From Podarcis gaigeae (Eukaryota), in the NCBI GenBank assembly GCA_964106915.2, contig OZ066915.1: a DNA stretch of 64,000 bases; one strand, given 5' to 3'. A program made the translations under genes and the position numbers. How positions within the stretch are numbered: position 1 is the first letter of the stretch; the number at the start of each line of letters is the position of its first letter. The notes beneath the pieces were generated by a model, which saw nothing but the letters and a program-made list of their open reading frames with translations, did not search any database and was not told the DNA's origin. Below, piece after piece: positions 51,101-64,000 of this stretch.

Positions 51101-52589
51101 TATCTGCACTACAGATTTCACCCTCTCTGACAGTCGTCATTTGTTCTTCCTAGGTAAGCCTGGGAACTGTACTTCTGAGGTGACGACTAGATATAGCTCT
51201 AACAGAGAATTCGCCATAATTTCACCTAACTATATTTTCCAGGACTCTTTGGAAGAAGATATCACTTTTAAACTAGCACGACGAAATCACTATTAGTTTC
51301 TAATGGAAATATGTACCATGTGTAGAAGCTTCCCACTCAACACTTCCCAATGAGGGATTATTTTAGATGCTTGATCCCACCTCCACAACTGTTGTTGCAG
51401 CTATGGAGACGAAAATCCTTGCAAGATGCGTATTTTGTTATTTCCCTGCTTGATAACAAATCTGGGGCATCATGGATACATCTGTGCTACACTTCCCTAT
51501 GCCCCACTGTATCGTATAGTAATAGCCTAGTCAGCCTCTAAATTCTATAGGTCTGCTGAATTAATTTGTAATAAAAAAAAAGGGGGGGAGGGAATCAAAA
51601 GGGAGCTTATGATCAGCAACTGCCAAACAAACTTAGATCAGTTATCAGTATCCCGAGTGTCTCATGCCATGTAGCTGTGCAAGCTAAATCTACACAAAGT
51701 TTTAAGAATCATTTTGTCCCCCACTCCTTTCAAAATGGTTGCCTGCTCATTTCATCAGATGTTCTTTCGTCCTTGTATTCTCAGGTTCGTGCCCTTATGC
51801 CCACCTGTCACATTTCCCCCTACTCCCACCTTTTAAAGATGGAAAGCCCTTTTGTGCTCATAGCCATCCTTACGATGGCACTTCTGTGCTGTTTTCACAT
51901 CAGAGCCCGGCTAATAATGGAACACTGGATCAGAATGCAGCTGTGAAAGCAGCCCAAGTAGCATTGCTAAGCAAAGCCTAGAGCAAGCCTGCATTGTCTG
52001 TGACAGAAAATAGCAGAAAAATTTGCTTTCCCTTCCCATTTCACACTATACAGAGGCAGGGCAGCTGGCAAAATTCTGAACTGGATGTAGGAAAAAGTGC
52101 ACAACAGAACAACAGATGTATGAGAAGGAATTCAGAATTTTAATAGTGACTTCATTCCTGCTGTACGGGAGGGAAGGGGGTGGGGAAATCAAAAATAGAA
52201 GGATGACTGTAGAGAACTTGAGCTTCTCCACGGTTCACAAAATTGAGCTTATGGACGATATACTCTGAAAGCATACGGAATAGTCCTGAATGCCTAAAAA
52301 CACCAGGGCAGCCATTGAAGCAGGGATTTAGCAGGTCTTGCTTAGGAGGCCTTGTGTTTATGAAAACATTGCAACCTTAATAAAACAATAATACTATGGA
52401 GTAAGCCCTACTTCTTTACAAAGGGCTTACTTCTGAGTAAATGCATAGATTTGTTCTGTAAAAGATTACATCTAGCAGCGAGAGTAAAGCTATGTCTTAG
52501 GAACAGGTGGCATACAAAACTGGTATGTCCCTGAATAAAGTTAATGAGATTCTACAACAATTATGAAGAGACAGGTGCCCCAGCAGAAC

Positions 52590-52595
<6 letters not shown>

Positions 52596-52637
<42 letters not shown>
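52596..52637. repeat. (GT)n microsatellite
   Basis: Direct reading. Confidence 0.95.
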
Positions 52638-52640
<3 letters not shown>

Positions 52641-52784
52641 TATAGCAGCAGCAGATGGCTACACAAGGATGTCTGGCATGGAAGACAAGCACTGTGCTTA
52701 GGTTTTATTCATAAACTATGGATCATCTTTTAACTTACTGGGCTGTATTCAATTACAACATCCCATCAGATCAAGGATTTCCAG

Positions 52785-53080
52785 ATCGGCTTGCCAGTTG
52801 GAACAATCCCCCCTCCCACCGTGTTGTTCTGGGGGGCCCTCCTGCCTCCCAAGAACCAAATTTTTGGGGGTGCAGGAGGAGGAGATGGGGGGGAAGTCCT
52901 GCTGTAAAGGCAGGGCTTCTATTGATAGGGTTTATTAAATGAATCCCACCCATTCAGAGTAAGTGGCTTGTGGACTACAGTCAGTGAGTATCTGAGAGGG
53001 TATATAAAAAAGGACCAAGCCTTTCGTAAGGTCACTAGACCTATTACCTCATTTTCTTTTGTACTGAAAAACACAGATTT
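52785..53080 (+). repeat. Direct repeat copy 1 (~300 bp)
   Basis: About 90% identical by eye to 56273-56584. Confidence 0.9.
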
Positions 53081-56000
53081 GCATCTGGATATGCTCAGAG
53101 TTCCTGTTATAGTAACTGCCCGATGGCTTGCAGATTTGTTAAGTCCCCAAACTGTGCTTAGGAGTGTTTATTTTATTTTAAGCTGATTATCTCTTAGAAC
53201 ACACCTTTTCCAGAAAAGAAACTGGAGATGTTAGAAAGACATCCCCATAGAGCAATAAAACTCTCCTATGTGAAACTGGAAAACTGAACAAATCAGTTAG
53301 GACTTATTTCATATTGTTGAGTGTTGGCAAGTGTATAAGCCATGAGCACTGTGTGTTAAAATGACATTGAGATTAAGCAGCTAGAAAACAGATGCAACAA
53401 AAATTGGCTGTTCATGAATGGCTAATCTAATGAAAATTCAAGTTAAATATGAACTGATATAAAAGAAGAACCTGAAGCGTGAATGGCACTTGCGAGCCAT
53501 CTCATGACTGCAAGTCATATAACAAATGTCATTTTTAAAAATATATAAATAGTAGGAATGTGATCAATAGCACCCAGAAAACAAGGGCATCCAGTGAGAA
53601 CACTGAGATGGCACAGGAGTTCAACAGAGGCAATGAGGTTTTGAACTTCAATTAAAGAACATCACAAAATTGGCATGCTGAACTTTTTTTGTTGGTCTCC
53701 TTTTAAAAGAGTATTATCATTTGAACATCTCTCTCCTTTTAAGTTTTGAGCCCATAAGTTTAGATGAGAACGAAGCACAAATCATAAAGCAGTACAGCAA
53801 AGAAAGTTTCTGAGGACAAGCCTGAGTAGAAACATGTTACACATAAAATGGCTGTCCGGTTATGGTGAAATGGTTGGGTGTAATGCTGTGATTGTTTCCC
53901 CCGAAAGGCTTTCTTAAGTCATGAAAAGCAACCATCCATTGCATCAGGTTATGCAGAGAACCAGAAGAGCAAAGAAAGAGGCCATTTAATCTGTTCCTTG
54001 CCAACTAATTGTCTATTCAGGATTTGCAAATCAGGGGCAAGGAAAGGGCTCAACAACCCCTTCTCCCACTCTGCTTGCCCCTTCCTCTGTTTGAAGCCAC
54101 CTATATCTACTTTACATGGCAAAAGAGAGCTTTAAGGAGAACAAGGAAGGAGAAATGAGGATGTTAGAGGGTAGTACTAATGGCTTGAACCTAATGGAAC
54201 CGGCCACTCAAATCTTAGAACTCAATGGGTGCCACTTGGTGCAAGACAGAAATTTTAAAGTGCGAACAGGCTGTATCAGCCCTGAAGAAAAAGGTATCTG
54301 GTATATAAAAATAGCAAAACAAACAAACAAACCTAGCACAAGCACATTACCAATTACCTTATAGATCTGCCACATTATAAAAAGAGACTTCTAAATCAGT
54401 ATATAATCTTTAGCAATGTCTGGGAGAGTTTGCTTTAAATGAGGCGGCTCCTCAAAGTAAAATTGGTAGAGCAGAGTGCAGTGTGATACCTCCAGACTCT
54501 GAAGAAAAAAGGAGAAAGACACCAGAAACATGGAGAGGGAGCATAAATGGATAGGTCACTACAGAACATAGAAAAATGAGACAATTCTTATTTGGTGCAA
54601 AGCAGCAGACACACAAGAACAAAATCTGTCAGGTGCTGTTGAGTATTTATGGAGCAATGGCTTAAAATATATTTTGAGAGATGGTCTGTTATTTTTCACA
54701 ATTTGTGTGGGCAGTTTCACTTATGTTGGCTGATACCTGAGAACACACGTGAAGGAAAATGAGAGGACAAGGTCTATATCATGCAGGGAGCAGACTGCTA
54801 AACAGTGACAAGTGAGAAGGCCAGGAAAAGGCAAGTGAGGGATACTCCAGACAATGGCAAGCTGGTTGAAGGATGCACAGAATATGGAAATATGACTCTG
54901 GTTTTCAAAACAGGAAGAAGAATTGAACGGATGCCTTGGAAATCTTTTTAATGCTGGGATGTGTCCAAATCTCAATTTCCCCACACATACCAACAGGATA
55001 AATCGTTCTTTTTGCAACCTTGATGGTCAGTTTCTTGGGGGGGAAAGATGAAATGTGTTTCCTATTAGAAACCTGATGTTACACAGAAAGAGGAGGGGGA
55101 AAAAGATATTTCACTGGAAGTAAAGCAAGGGAAGAGTACGCAAGAATGATCAAATTAGCTGAAGTTGTGTTATAACTTATTGGGATAGTTTGCTTGACAG
55201 CACCAAACAAAACAAATGTCTCCTCTCCCACCTACACCTCAACCCACCCAGGCCAAAGTGAGCTCATGGAACTCCACTTAATCTGCAACACCTATCATCA
55301 TTCAAAAAATAAAAACATTTATTCAGCGATTATGAGAAATCTAGTCATAGTACAGACTTAGGCATTCCAGTAAAAAGAATATTGGAATACTCAGGAAGGA
55401 CATAAAGGGCTATCTGCTCCTCACATTTGCTTATGACAGCTGATCAAACAAAACACTTGGCAGTATGAGGAACGAAGAGAGATCTGATAAACTCAGAGGG
55501 GAAATATTTGTTCTGTATAAATACCAAGGCAAGACAAGGCAAGACAAATGAAGAAAAAAGAGGGACAAAGAACACTGTGGTTCTTCTCCAACAGTTCTCA
55601 ACGTTTGGGACCTCAGGATCAATTGGGTCCATCGTCATTCATGAAAAGAGCTGCACTTCAGAATATTAGCTTCAGAATGCATATTTGGCTGGATTTATAC
55701 AATCGTTTCTAATTTACTTGTGTTGATTTTTGGCTATCACAGCATGTTGGGAGCTACATGGAACTCGGTCTTCTGAAAAGACACAGACTGAATTCCTTGT
55801 TTTAAAATGGCTGCCATGATGGAGGAGTTCAGGAGCCAAAGGCCTGTTAAATCCTCCCCAAAGAGCAGGTCCCACTTGAATGTTGCTGTGGCAACTGGAT
55901 AAATCCACCTTTTGGGTAACTCATGTTTGAGGTAAGACACATTAGCTAGGAAGTTCTGCCATCTATATAGTCTGTAAACTCGTAAGTTATTTGGTGGAAA

Positions 56001-56272
56001 GTAAAGCTCAAGCAATGCCTTAATTAATTCGATTTGGCTACAATCTTTCAAGGGAAGCATTCAAAAAGTACTTTGAAGACTACAGCATCAGGGTCCTAAT
56101 CACTGCAGCCTTATTATCTCTTCTATGGAGGACATTCTTTTCTTCTGGAGAGTGCTGATAAATGTGTGCAATTCTCAGAACATTTCCTCAAGAATTGTCC
56201 ATGGCAAAGTCAAGGAGACCATGGGTAGGATTCATTGTCACGCTGTTACAAATGTTCTGCCTACACAAGCAT

Positions 56273-56584
56273 ATCAGCTTGCCAGATGGAACAATCCCCC
56301 TTCCCACCGTGTTGTTCTGGGGGGCCCTCCTGCCTCCCAAGAACCAAATTTTGGGGGGCGCAGGAGGAAGAGAAGGGGGGGAAAGCCCTGCTGTAAAACA
56401 GAAGTCCTCCTGCAGGGCTTCCACTGATAGGGTTTATTAGATGAATCCCACCCATTCAGAGTAAGTGGCTTGTGGACTACAGTCAGTGAGTACCTGAGAG
56501 GGTATATAAAGAAGGACTAACCTTTTCATAAGGTCACCAGACCTATTACCTCATTTTCTTTTGTACTGAAAAAGACACAATTTC
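56273..56584 (+). repeat. Direct repeat copy 2 (~310 bp)
   Basis: About 90% identical by eye to 52785-53080, with one ~13-bp indel. Confidence 0.9.
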
Positions 56585-57250
56585 ACAGATGGCCTCACAA
56601 CAGCAGTCTGCAGTCATGGGAGTCAGGATTTGTTAAAAAATACATATTGTACAGGCTTTACTGTTATCCTCACAACACCCCTGTGAGGTAGGTTAGCTTT
56701 ATGAATGCCATTTCATAAATTGTAAAGGGAGGACAGGAGCGTTTTCCTCAAACCCCCCCTCCTTTCCATACAATTAAGTGGCAATATTCAGGAAGATCTC
56801 ACTCCTTCCAGAGTCGTGTTCAAATTCACCAGTCTCGTTTGTTTGGCAGAGGCATATTGTGTCTTAGCATTGCTGTACAAACAGAGCGTCATGCAAGGGG
56901 AGTAGCATGAGATAGTCAATCACAATTGAATAGCAAAGCTCTCTTTGTACCAGAAAACAACCCCTGCAGCTTATCACGAGTGTGGCAACTGCTTGGCTGC
57001 TGACAGCCCATTTTGAAAGGAAGTATAAAGCGTGGCTTCTCAAACCTGGAATGTTCGATGTTTAAGGCAAAGCACAACAGGAAATGAAATAATGATCAAA
57101 CATGACAGAAATAGTCCCTACAGGCAATAATAAATATAAAAGGAAGCTGACAGCAGAACGTCTCTCTTTTCCCTACTCCTGAGGCTTTACAGAACTCTCT
57201 CGAACATGGCTGGGACAAGGAGCCCACCACTTACAACCAGTAACAGCAGT

Positions 57251-57364
57251 CTATATCTCCATATCCACGGGTCTGATATTACCGGTTTTGTGTTCTTTTA
57301 CCCACAGTTCCCTGTCTTTGGCTGGATCCACTTTCTGAAGCAACTGATCCACGGGTTCTACTGT
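57251..57364 (-). CDS. GAS7: GAS7 last coding exon (TVEPVDQLLQKVDPAKDRELWVKEHKTGNIRPVDMEI*)
   Basis: tttag acceptor, TAG stop at 57253-57251; matches the GAS7 C-terminus. Confidence 0.96.
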   Translation of the reverse strand, partial: TVEPVDQLLQKVDPAKDRELWVKEHKTGNIRPVDMEI

Positions 57365-57753
57365 CTAAAAGACACAGAAACAACAGCAGTGTTACCATAA
57401 GAGCATAAGGGAATGCTTCATGAAACCCCCTAGCAAAACTGAACCACTTCCCCACCTCCTTCTCCCAGTTCTTCAGATTTGTTTCCTCACGGTGCTCAGA
57501 CAACATTTCCAACTAGGCCTTGAGCTATTCCAAGGGTACCATTTTGAAAGAAGAGCAGACCACAGATATTACATCAAGGAGGCCAATGCGTTTTAATAGA
57601 TCGTTTGTTTTTTCAAGTCAGCTGTGGTACTTATGCCATTGTCTACACTGGAGGGCAAGAGTTTGGCAGGCTCAGTGCAACTCTAAGGCCTTGGGTTTAC
57701 AAGGGCCTGCTGAAATACTGCTTCAGAAAGGAGAAAAGGCCAAGCAGACTCAC

Positions 57754-57852
57754 GCTTTGGTTGAACATATCTGTCTCGTGCCGCAACTGCGTATATTGAC
57801 AAAGGTGCTGCCGAATCATCTCCACTCTCTCCACCTCTAGCCTCTCAAGCTC
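57754..57852 (-). CDS. GAS7: GAS7 penultimate exon (ELERLEVERVEMIRQHLCQYTQLRHETDMFNQS)
   Basis: 99 nt, gtgagt donor. Confidence 0.95.
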
Positions 57853-58368
57853 CTGAAAGGAAACAATAAAAGATTTTCATTAAAAGATTGGGGATAAGGC
57901 AGTATACTTGAACATCAAATGAAAGGTGAGATTGCTTTATGTGAACCACCTAGAATTTCTTAGTGACTAAGAACCTCACTATTGTTCTCTAAAGAATCCA
58001 TCCAAAACGAGAGCATGGATCAAACAAGAGCTGAAGCAGATGAGGGCTTTACCCGCTACCACAGCTCCTACTATGAATACCCAATCGATAGTCTCTGTAA
58101 TGAGCCCTCTCAGAATGCAGGGGCCACTGTAACAGTGCACAGACCAGAAAAACTGTTGCATACACAATGTATGCTGAATTTGCCAAGATAGCTTTTTAAG
58201 GTTTAATGTTTTGCTATGTTTTTATATATGCTGGAAGCTGCCCAGAGTTGGACCTGAGAATGTTGTCGCAAGATCAGGCATGGGCTGAACTTTTGATAAC
58301 GTTTACCAGATGGGCACTTATCACTGAAGTTTTGCAAGCATAGCATGGAGAGACCCTACATGACATAC

Positions 58369-58448
58369 CAGAGAGGTGGTCACCATTTCTTCAAACCACT
58401 TTGACTGGGCTTGATTATACAGATCCACACAGCGCATGAGGTCATCTC
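58369..58448 (-). CDS. GAS7: GAS7 internal exon (GDDLMRCVDLYNQAQSKWFEEMVTTSL)
   Basis: 80 nt, AG/GT boundaries, phase 1-0. Confidence 0.95.
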
Positions 58449-60227
58449 CTGCAACACACAAAGCAAAGCAAAGAACAGTGAGTAACTTTTTTTTTTTGCA
58501 AGCCCACTCACTCGCCCTAAAGGTTACTTAGAAGTGAAAGTGCAGTTATCTACAAGTTTCTACATGCAAGGTGTTAAGACCAAAGAGAATGTAGTGTAGC
58601 TAAATCAAACTCATTAGGAGAGAAGTGAGTGGTGATCTCTCCATCCTTATTAATAGGAGTGAAACATAGTTGTCAAACACAAACCACGGGCTCATCCAGC
58701 TGGACAGCATGCCTCACAATGGAGCATTTTTGTAAGACAAACACTGAGAAAGAAACCAATCCAGTGATTTCCTACCTCCCAGATATGTCCTCCTCTCCCT
58801 TCAAGGAAATCTCCCCAAGTCTCCCTGGCCACAGAGGCCAAGAGTCATGAAAATATTCAGAAACTGTGTCATGGAACAAAGGGAAAAATATTGTTTCCCA
58901 CTTTTTGAAATTTCAATTTCAATTGGACTGAGAAACAAAATTACAGTTCAGTGAGGAAACAAAATGGAGTTTTTTCCCCAAGCCTTGGATATTTATTTGC
59001 TATGTCAAATGGGTAATCCATGCTTGTTTTATGGCTTCCCTTTGTTAAACTCTCTTTACTGGCCAGGAGTAGCTGTCCGGGGGGGGGGGGGGGGGGAGAG
59101 GAACCATATACCTGATCTCCTCACAGCAGAATTGCTTCCATGTACCAGAATGGTGCAGAGGTGCAGAAGGCAGCAGTGATGTCATATGAGTAAAGCCAAT
59201 CAAGCGCCCCAGCCTAACCCTCACTGCTACCCTCACGTTGCAGCATGCTGGTAAGCAGCAGGAAAAGCTGCTCCTCTTATCAGTTTCAGCATGGATCATT
59301 CTAATGCTACTGCTACCTGAAACCTCAAATATTGTTTTCAAGCAGAACAAATGCAGGAGCAGACCCAGGCTAATGCTGTTTTTAAATCATATGATTTTTT
59401 AAAGCAAGGTTTTTGAGTCAAATAGTAGTGAATATCTCTCCTGCCATCTAGTGTACAAATCAGAGAGTATGTATTTTATAAAATGCAATTTACATGGAAT
59501 CACGAAGTGTTGAATGTAGAGAGCACCTCCAGCACTACTTTCTGCTAGTCACATATTTAACATAAATACAAGGAAACAGAGAGGAAATGGACAAATTTAA
59601 TCACAGAAAGTCACATCACTGAACTAACCAGCTTCAAGGAGTGTTGACAATTTGATATACTAAACTCTTGTCTGACTCTTCCAGCATTACAAAGACCCCT
59701 ATAATTGGTCACTTTTCCTTAATTGCTCTACATACATTTCCTCCTCTTGTCTTTCAGATGTAAGTAACAGTGGTCCTCTGTGGGGGGAAAGAAGCTAAAT
59801 CCTGGAACTTATCAATAGCACCTAAACCTTGGGATGTCTGTAGTAAATATTTGCAATCTAACCAGAAGGAAGGAACTGTTATGAATTCAGCCCTGATCAA
59901 CACCAAATGTTAAGATTCAGGGAGTTAGTCAGCCTTCCTCAACCTGGTGTCCATCAGATGCTGTTGGAGCACAACTGTTATCATCCTTGGCTATTAGCCA
60001 TGCTGGCTAGGACTGATGGAAGTTGTAGTCCAACAACATCTGGGGGGCATCACATTGGGGAAGTGGAGTGAGGCAGTCAGCATTTGTGCTCTCTTTATCC
60101 TCTCACAAAATAGTGCTTCCCAAACTTAAGTTTTCTCCTAAGCTAAAACAGCAGGGACTTTGTTCCACCTAACGTTCTTTTTACACCACTGTTCCCTGCC
60201 TTCTTAACACACGTTATCCTCACTCAC

Positions 60228-60351
60228 CAGCTTGGGTGGACTTCCGCCTAGCCTTCTTAATTTCCTCTTCTGTCTTGTTGCTGAGTTTTATCTCCAACTG
60301 CTGTGTTTTCATCTCTAAATCCTTTTGCCTCTCCGATAATGCTTTTCGGGC
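60228..60351 (-). CDS. GAS7: GAS7 internal exon (ARKALSERQKDLEMKTQQLEIKLSNKTEEEIKKARRKSTQA)
   Basis: 124 nt, gtgagt donor, phase 1. Confidence 0.95.
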
Positions 60352-60884
60352 CTTGAAACAAAAAGAAATGGCCATGAAATCCTCCTCAGCAGAAAAACAA
60401 TACCCATTTGCCTCCTCTTTTTCATATTCCTCCCCCTCTTTCAGAATTAATCACTGCAATATGGAACATATGCCCTTGTTGGAGGCCATGAACCTGGAAC
60501 ATGAACCATGAGACACAGAGATTCTTCCTCTTCTGTGTGATAGTTTTAGCACCACAGAAAAGATTAAAGGTGCTCTTCAGAGTAGTTCTTCAGATGTGGC
60601 AACTATTAAATCATTAGGAATGCTGGAGCAAACAACATTTAATAATATTAATATCTACACTATGTTCGTCTGAGAAGTCAGCTACTTTGGCTTAATATAG
60701 GGCACGCTAAAAAGTTGAAGTATGAACTACATGCACTTGTTTCTTCAAACCAAAATAGATTTGGCCGGGGAAGAAACATAAGCTATCATCGTCTGTTTCT
60801 GAAGGTGGCATTGCCAAGTTATCCCTAACCTTCAGGCAGCCCACTGACCCCCTCAAATGAACTCATCTGACTGCTTTGGCTTAC

Positions 60885-61013
60885 CTTTTCCACAGATGCA
60901 TACCGGCTAACCAGCTGCTTCCTCAGATCAGCAATGTGATGGTCATACTTCTTCATGTCTTTCTTGAAGTTTTCTCGGAAGTTGAGAAGGGGTTTCTCCA
61001 CCTCTGCCTGGAG
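60885..61013 (-). CDS. GAS7: GAS7 internal exon (LQAEVEKPLLNFRENFKKDMKKYDHHIADLRKQLVSRYASVEK)
   Basis: 129 nt, phase 0-0, gtaag donor; GAS7 F-BAR coiled coil. Confidence 0.95.
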
Positions 61014-62439
61014 CTGAAACAAAGGGCAAGGGAAATTTGGTTGAGGAAGGATTAATGGCTGATAATTGATACACCTCTATTTTGGCCATAATTTTTTCAA
61101 GGTGTGTGGCATAGGAAATTTCCAGTTTGCGTAGTGTGGGTGACACACTCTATTTTTATTTATTTATTTATTCATTGATTCAAGTTAAATCCCACCCATC
61201 CTTCTGAAGGAGTCAATGCTGACAAATATATCCATAATGGAACAATTTATAAAAAACCCCAATTACAATTAAAAATATTTTCTTATCCGCAGCATCTGGT
61301 GATTCCAGGATGCCAGGAGCACTATACTTCAGACATCAATTGGAATAGTAACAGCACCGGGGGAGAAAGTATTTTTAGCCTTGTCTCCAAGTTCTGTATT
61401 CCTGATTGAAATCTCCTCCTTGAAACTGCTATTATCCCCCCTCAGAGAAAAAGACAGATGCTTGTAACAGTATTGTATTTCCCCCAACAGGACTAGCAAG
61501 TGCAGGCGGGGTGGGGGTGGGGAATGGGTGTTCAAAAAATAGCCTTTCCCTTCAGCAACGGTGTGCCAGTCAAAATGCTGCACATCCCAATTTAACAGAG
61601 AGAAAAGAGCTGGGAGATCTGGCCATGGATTTCCCGGTCACATCTGTTTTGGCTCTCAAACACAACGACATCAGTACTGTCTGCAAAGCAGACCTATTCT
61701 GTCTGAACCAATTGCAGGAACAAAAAAGGCAACCAGGGGAAGGACATTTCCACCCCAAGTCATGACTTAGATGCATGTGTACTACATAACCAGCCAAACA
61801 CTGACTCAGTATATATTTCAACATGTCTGCAACAATTGAAATCATGAAGCAGGCAAAATTTGTCTGCTGTCTAATCTCTTAACGACTTGATCACGAGAAG
61901 GGCAGTTATTCAGCTGAATCAATAGTCTTGGGACTGCTGAGGATTCCTTCCAGCCACAGACTGATGAAAAAAGGTCACTTGAACTAATAGTTTTCTTTCT
62001 AAAGCAGTGCTGTGATAGCATTGAAGGTAGTTAATTTCTACCCATCCCAGATTTTCAGACTGAATACCGCCCCCAGCACACATATTATGCAGTAATCACA
62101 CAACTCATACACCAAACTCCACCCACATTAACTGAGCTTGCAGCCTTGAGCATTGTGATTCCAAGGAAACTGGCAAATTTATCAGATGAAAATGGAAAAA
62201 AGTTATTTGCAGAACTTGTCTCTATCAGAGGATATGCACCCAATTAAGTGATAATTCCACAATGTGCTAACCTATTTTTCTGCTTATTTCTAAGCTGCTA
62301 ACCTTTGAATAAGCCTGTTTATTATTTTTAATCGGAAGCGCAATTCAATGATAAAAGCTTTCAGATTTCACTATTTTAATGCTTTAATCTCTCCCATGGA
62401 CTTGACTCATAGGACTTGAAAAAGATCAACTTTGGCTGC

Positions 62440-62839
62440 TTCAAGAATGGTATTTGCCCAGATATGGAAAGAGGATGCTGTTCCAACTAAGGAAGAGTGG
62501 CTGACTATACTGATGGATTACGCTGAAATGGCAAAATTAACGGGTGTGCTAAGAAACCAAGAGAATTTTTTATTATTATTAAGGAGTGGGGAATATTTGT
62601 GGAATATTTGAAAAATCATGGTATGCAACTAAGTGCATTGGTAGGGTTAACTTAAGCAGTTAAAAGTATAATTAAGATTAATTGTCGAACAATTAAAAAA
62701 TGGAGTAAAGTGGAAAATGCAGTGTTAAAAATTTAAATAAGAAACCACAAAAGGGGGGGAGGGAAGTCTGACATGTATTTGTATTGGAAGTACAAGACAG
62801 TAAGATGTGTATTTGTAAACTTTTGAAAACGGAAAATAC

Positions 62840-62880
<41 letters not shown>
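62440..62880 (+). mobile_element. L1-type LINE 3' end in a GAS7 intron
   Basis: AQIWKEDAVPTKEEWL.ILMDYAEMAKLT...EW..FVEYL remnant typical of squamate L1 ORF2 ends, followed by a (TAA)n tail. Confidence 0.7.
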
Positions 62881-62881
<1 letters not shown>

Positions 62882-63319
62882 CTTTGGCTGGTTCATGCCT
62901 AAAGTTTGCATATGGTGCTTTCTTAGGAATCAATGAAGGGACCACAGATCAATGGCAAAGGACACGCTTTGAGTGCAGAAGGTCCAAAGTTCAAACCTAG
63001 GCATCCCCACTTAAAAAAAGGATTGCAGAACAGATTATGTAAGAGAGCACTGCCAGCCAGAGTAAACAACAGTCTGGCCTGATGAAAGGCAGCTTCCTAT
63101 CATCCAGCATTAGAGGGCCACAACAGTCATTTGCTTAAATAGCTTCTGATTTTGGGAAAAAGCAACTCACTGGGATCCTTCTGTTCTCCAGACATCTTAT
63201 CCAGTTTACCCATGAAAATCCCACAAATGCAGCTTTTATGTAAAACTGCACCCCAGTTTTCAGAAAACATGTTCTGCTGGTCTCAACCCCACACAGAAGA
63301 TTCCTTATGAAGTGATTAC

Positions 63320-63398
63320 CTTGGAGGAAAACTTGAGGTGAACCTCTGCTTCATCAGCCAGGCTTTTCTTCAGCTGAGACCAAGACTCTCCAAGCGTC
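63320..63398 (-). CDS. GAS7: GAS7 internal exon (F-BAR: TLGESWSQLKKSLADEAEVHLKFSSK)
   Basis: AG/GT boundaries on the minus strand; joins in frame to the next exon; recognisable GAS7 F-BAR sequence. Confidence 0.93.
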
Positions 63399-64000
63399 CT
63401 GAAACATATGTTACGGGTAAGAAATTTACTCATTCATTAGCATCCAATTCTCATCATTACAAACGTATGCTTCTGTTAGCAGTAGCATTCCAAATACTAC
63501 ACATAATGGGAACAGTTGCATTTCAGAGTGCTGAACTCAAAAGACAAAAAATGTAAATTATCTTACATAATTTTTCCTCTCTAGACTCATGTTCAGATTC
63601 ACATTTGGGGGAAGGAAGATGAGCATAATTATTTTCAGCAAAATCTCATCCCATTTCCCCCATCCACCCCCTGGAATAAATTACGCTCACAATTCCTTAG
63701 TGCTGTTTAGGCTCATAATTACCATTCATTTGAGACAAACTAACAACTTTTCTACCTGTGCTTTTACTTGTAGTTATAATAATTCAGCAGAGGTAACTAA
63801 TGACTTCTTCAGCTACTGATTCGAGTGTGTAATTTGATACTTTTTAAATACCAAAAGGGATAGCTTAACCATAAATTGAAGCATAATATGTAGAGTAGCC
63901 ATAAAATGTTGATTAGATCCAGAGTGTCTCCCATCAGACTCCAATTACATTTAGGAAGGTTTTACCTAATGAGGAGCTGTTTGGATGAGTTGTTTGTTTG

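Noticed and set aside
1-64000. CRISPR arrays, rRNA or tRNA genes, prokaryotic-type operons
   Set aside because: This is eukaryotic intron-exon DNA with no regularly spaced repeats or RNA gene structures; the only tRNA-like boxes are within SINEs.

Overview
Vertebrate genomic DNA from a squamate reptile, most likely a lacertid lizard (Sauria SINEs of the Podarcis type, Bov-B/RTE, CR1 and L1 LINE fragments). The window matches the human 17p13 block GSG1L2 - GLP2R - (RCVRN) - GAS7, with human sequences and gene order recalled from memory. It contains: (1) coding exon 1 of GSG1L2 on the minus strand in a CpG island (3091-3388), with the rest of the gene not located and probably left of the window; (2) a complete, phase-consistent 13-exon GLP2R gene on the plus strand (ATG 10726 to TGA 39023; 1569 nt, 522 aa; all introns GT-AG); (3) the last six coding exons of GAS7 on the minus strand (63398 down to stop 57251), probably with a very long 3'UTR. 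No recoverin (RCVRN) exons are visible between GLP2R and GAS7, where mammals have the gene. The rest is intronic or intergenic DNA with many transposon fragments and microsatellites, and most ORFs in the supplied track are spurious. I found no convincing novel multi-gene system. The best leads are the RCVRN gap with a nearby CRX/OTX-type site cluster, GLP2R peculiarities (C-terminal stop loss, ECL1 insertion, in-frame uORF, splice donor regenerated at the exon 12/13 junction), inverted SINEs flanking GLP2R exons 11-12, and a ~300-bp duplication in the putative GAS7 3'UTR.
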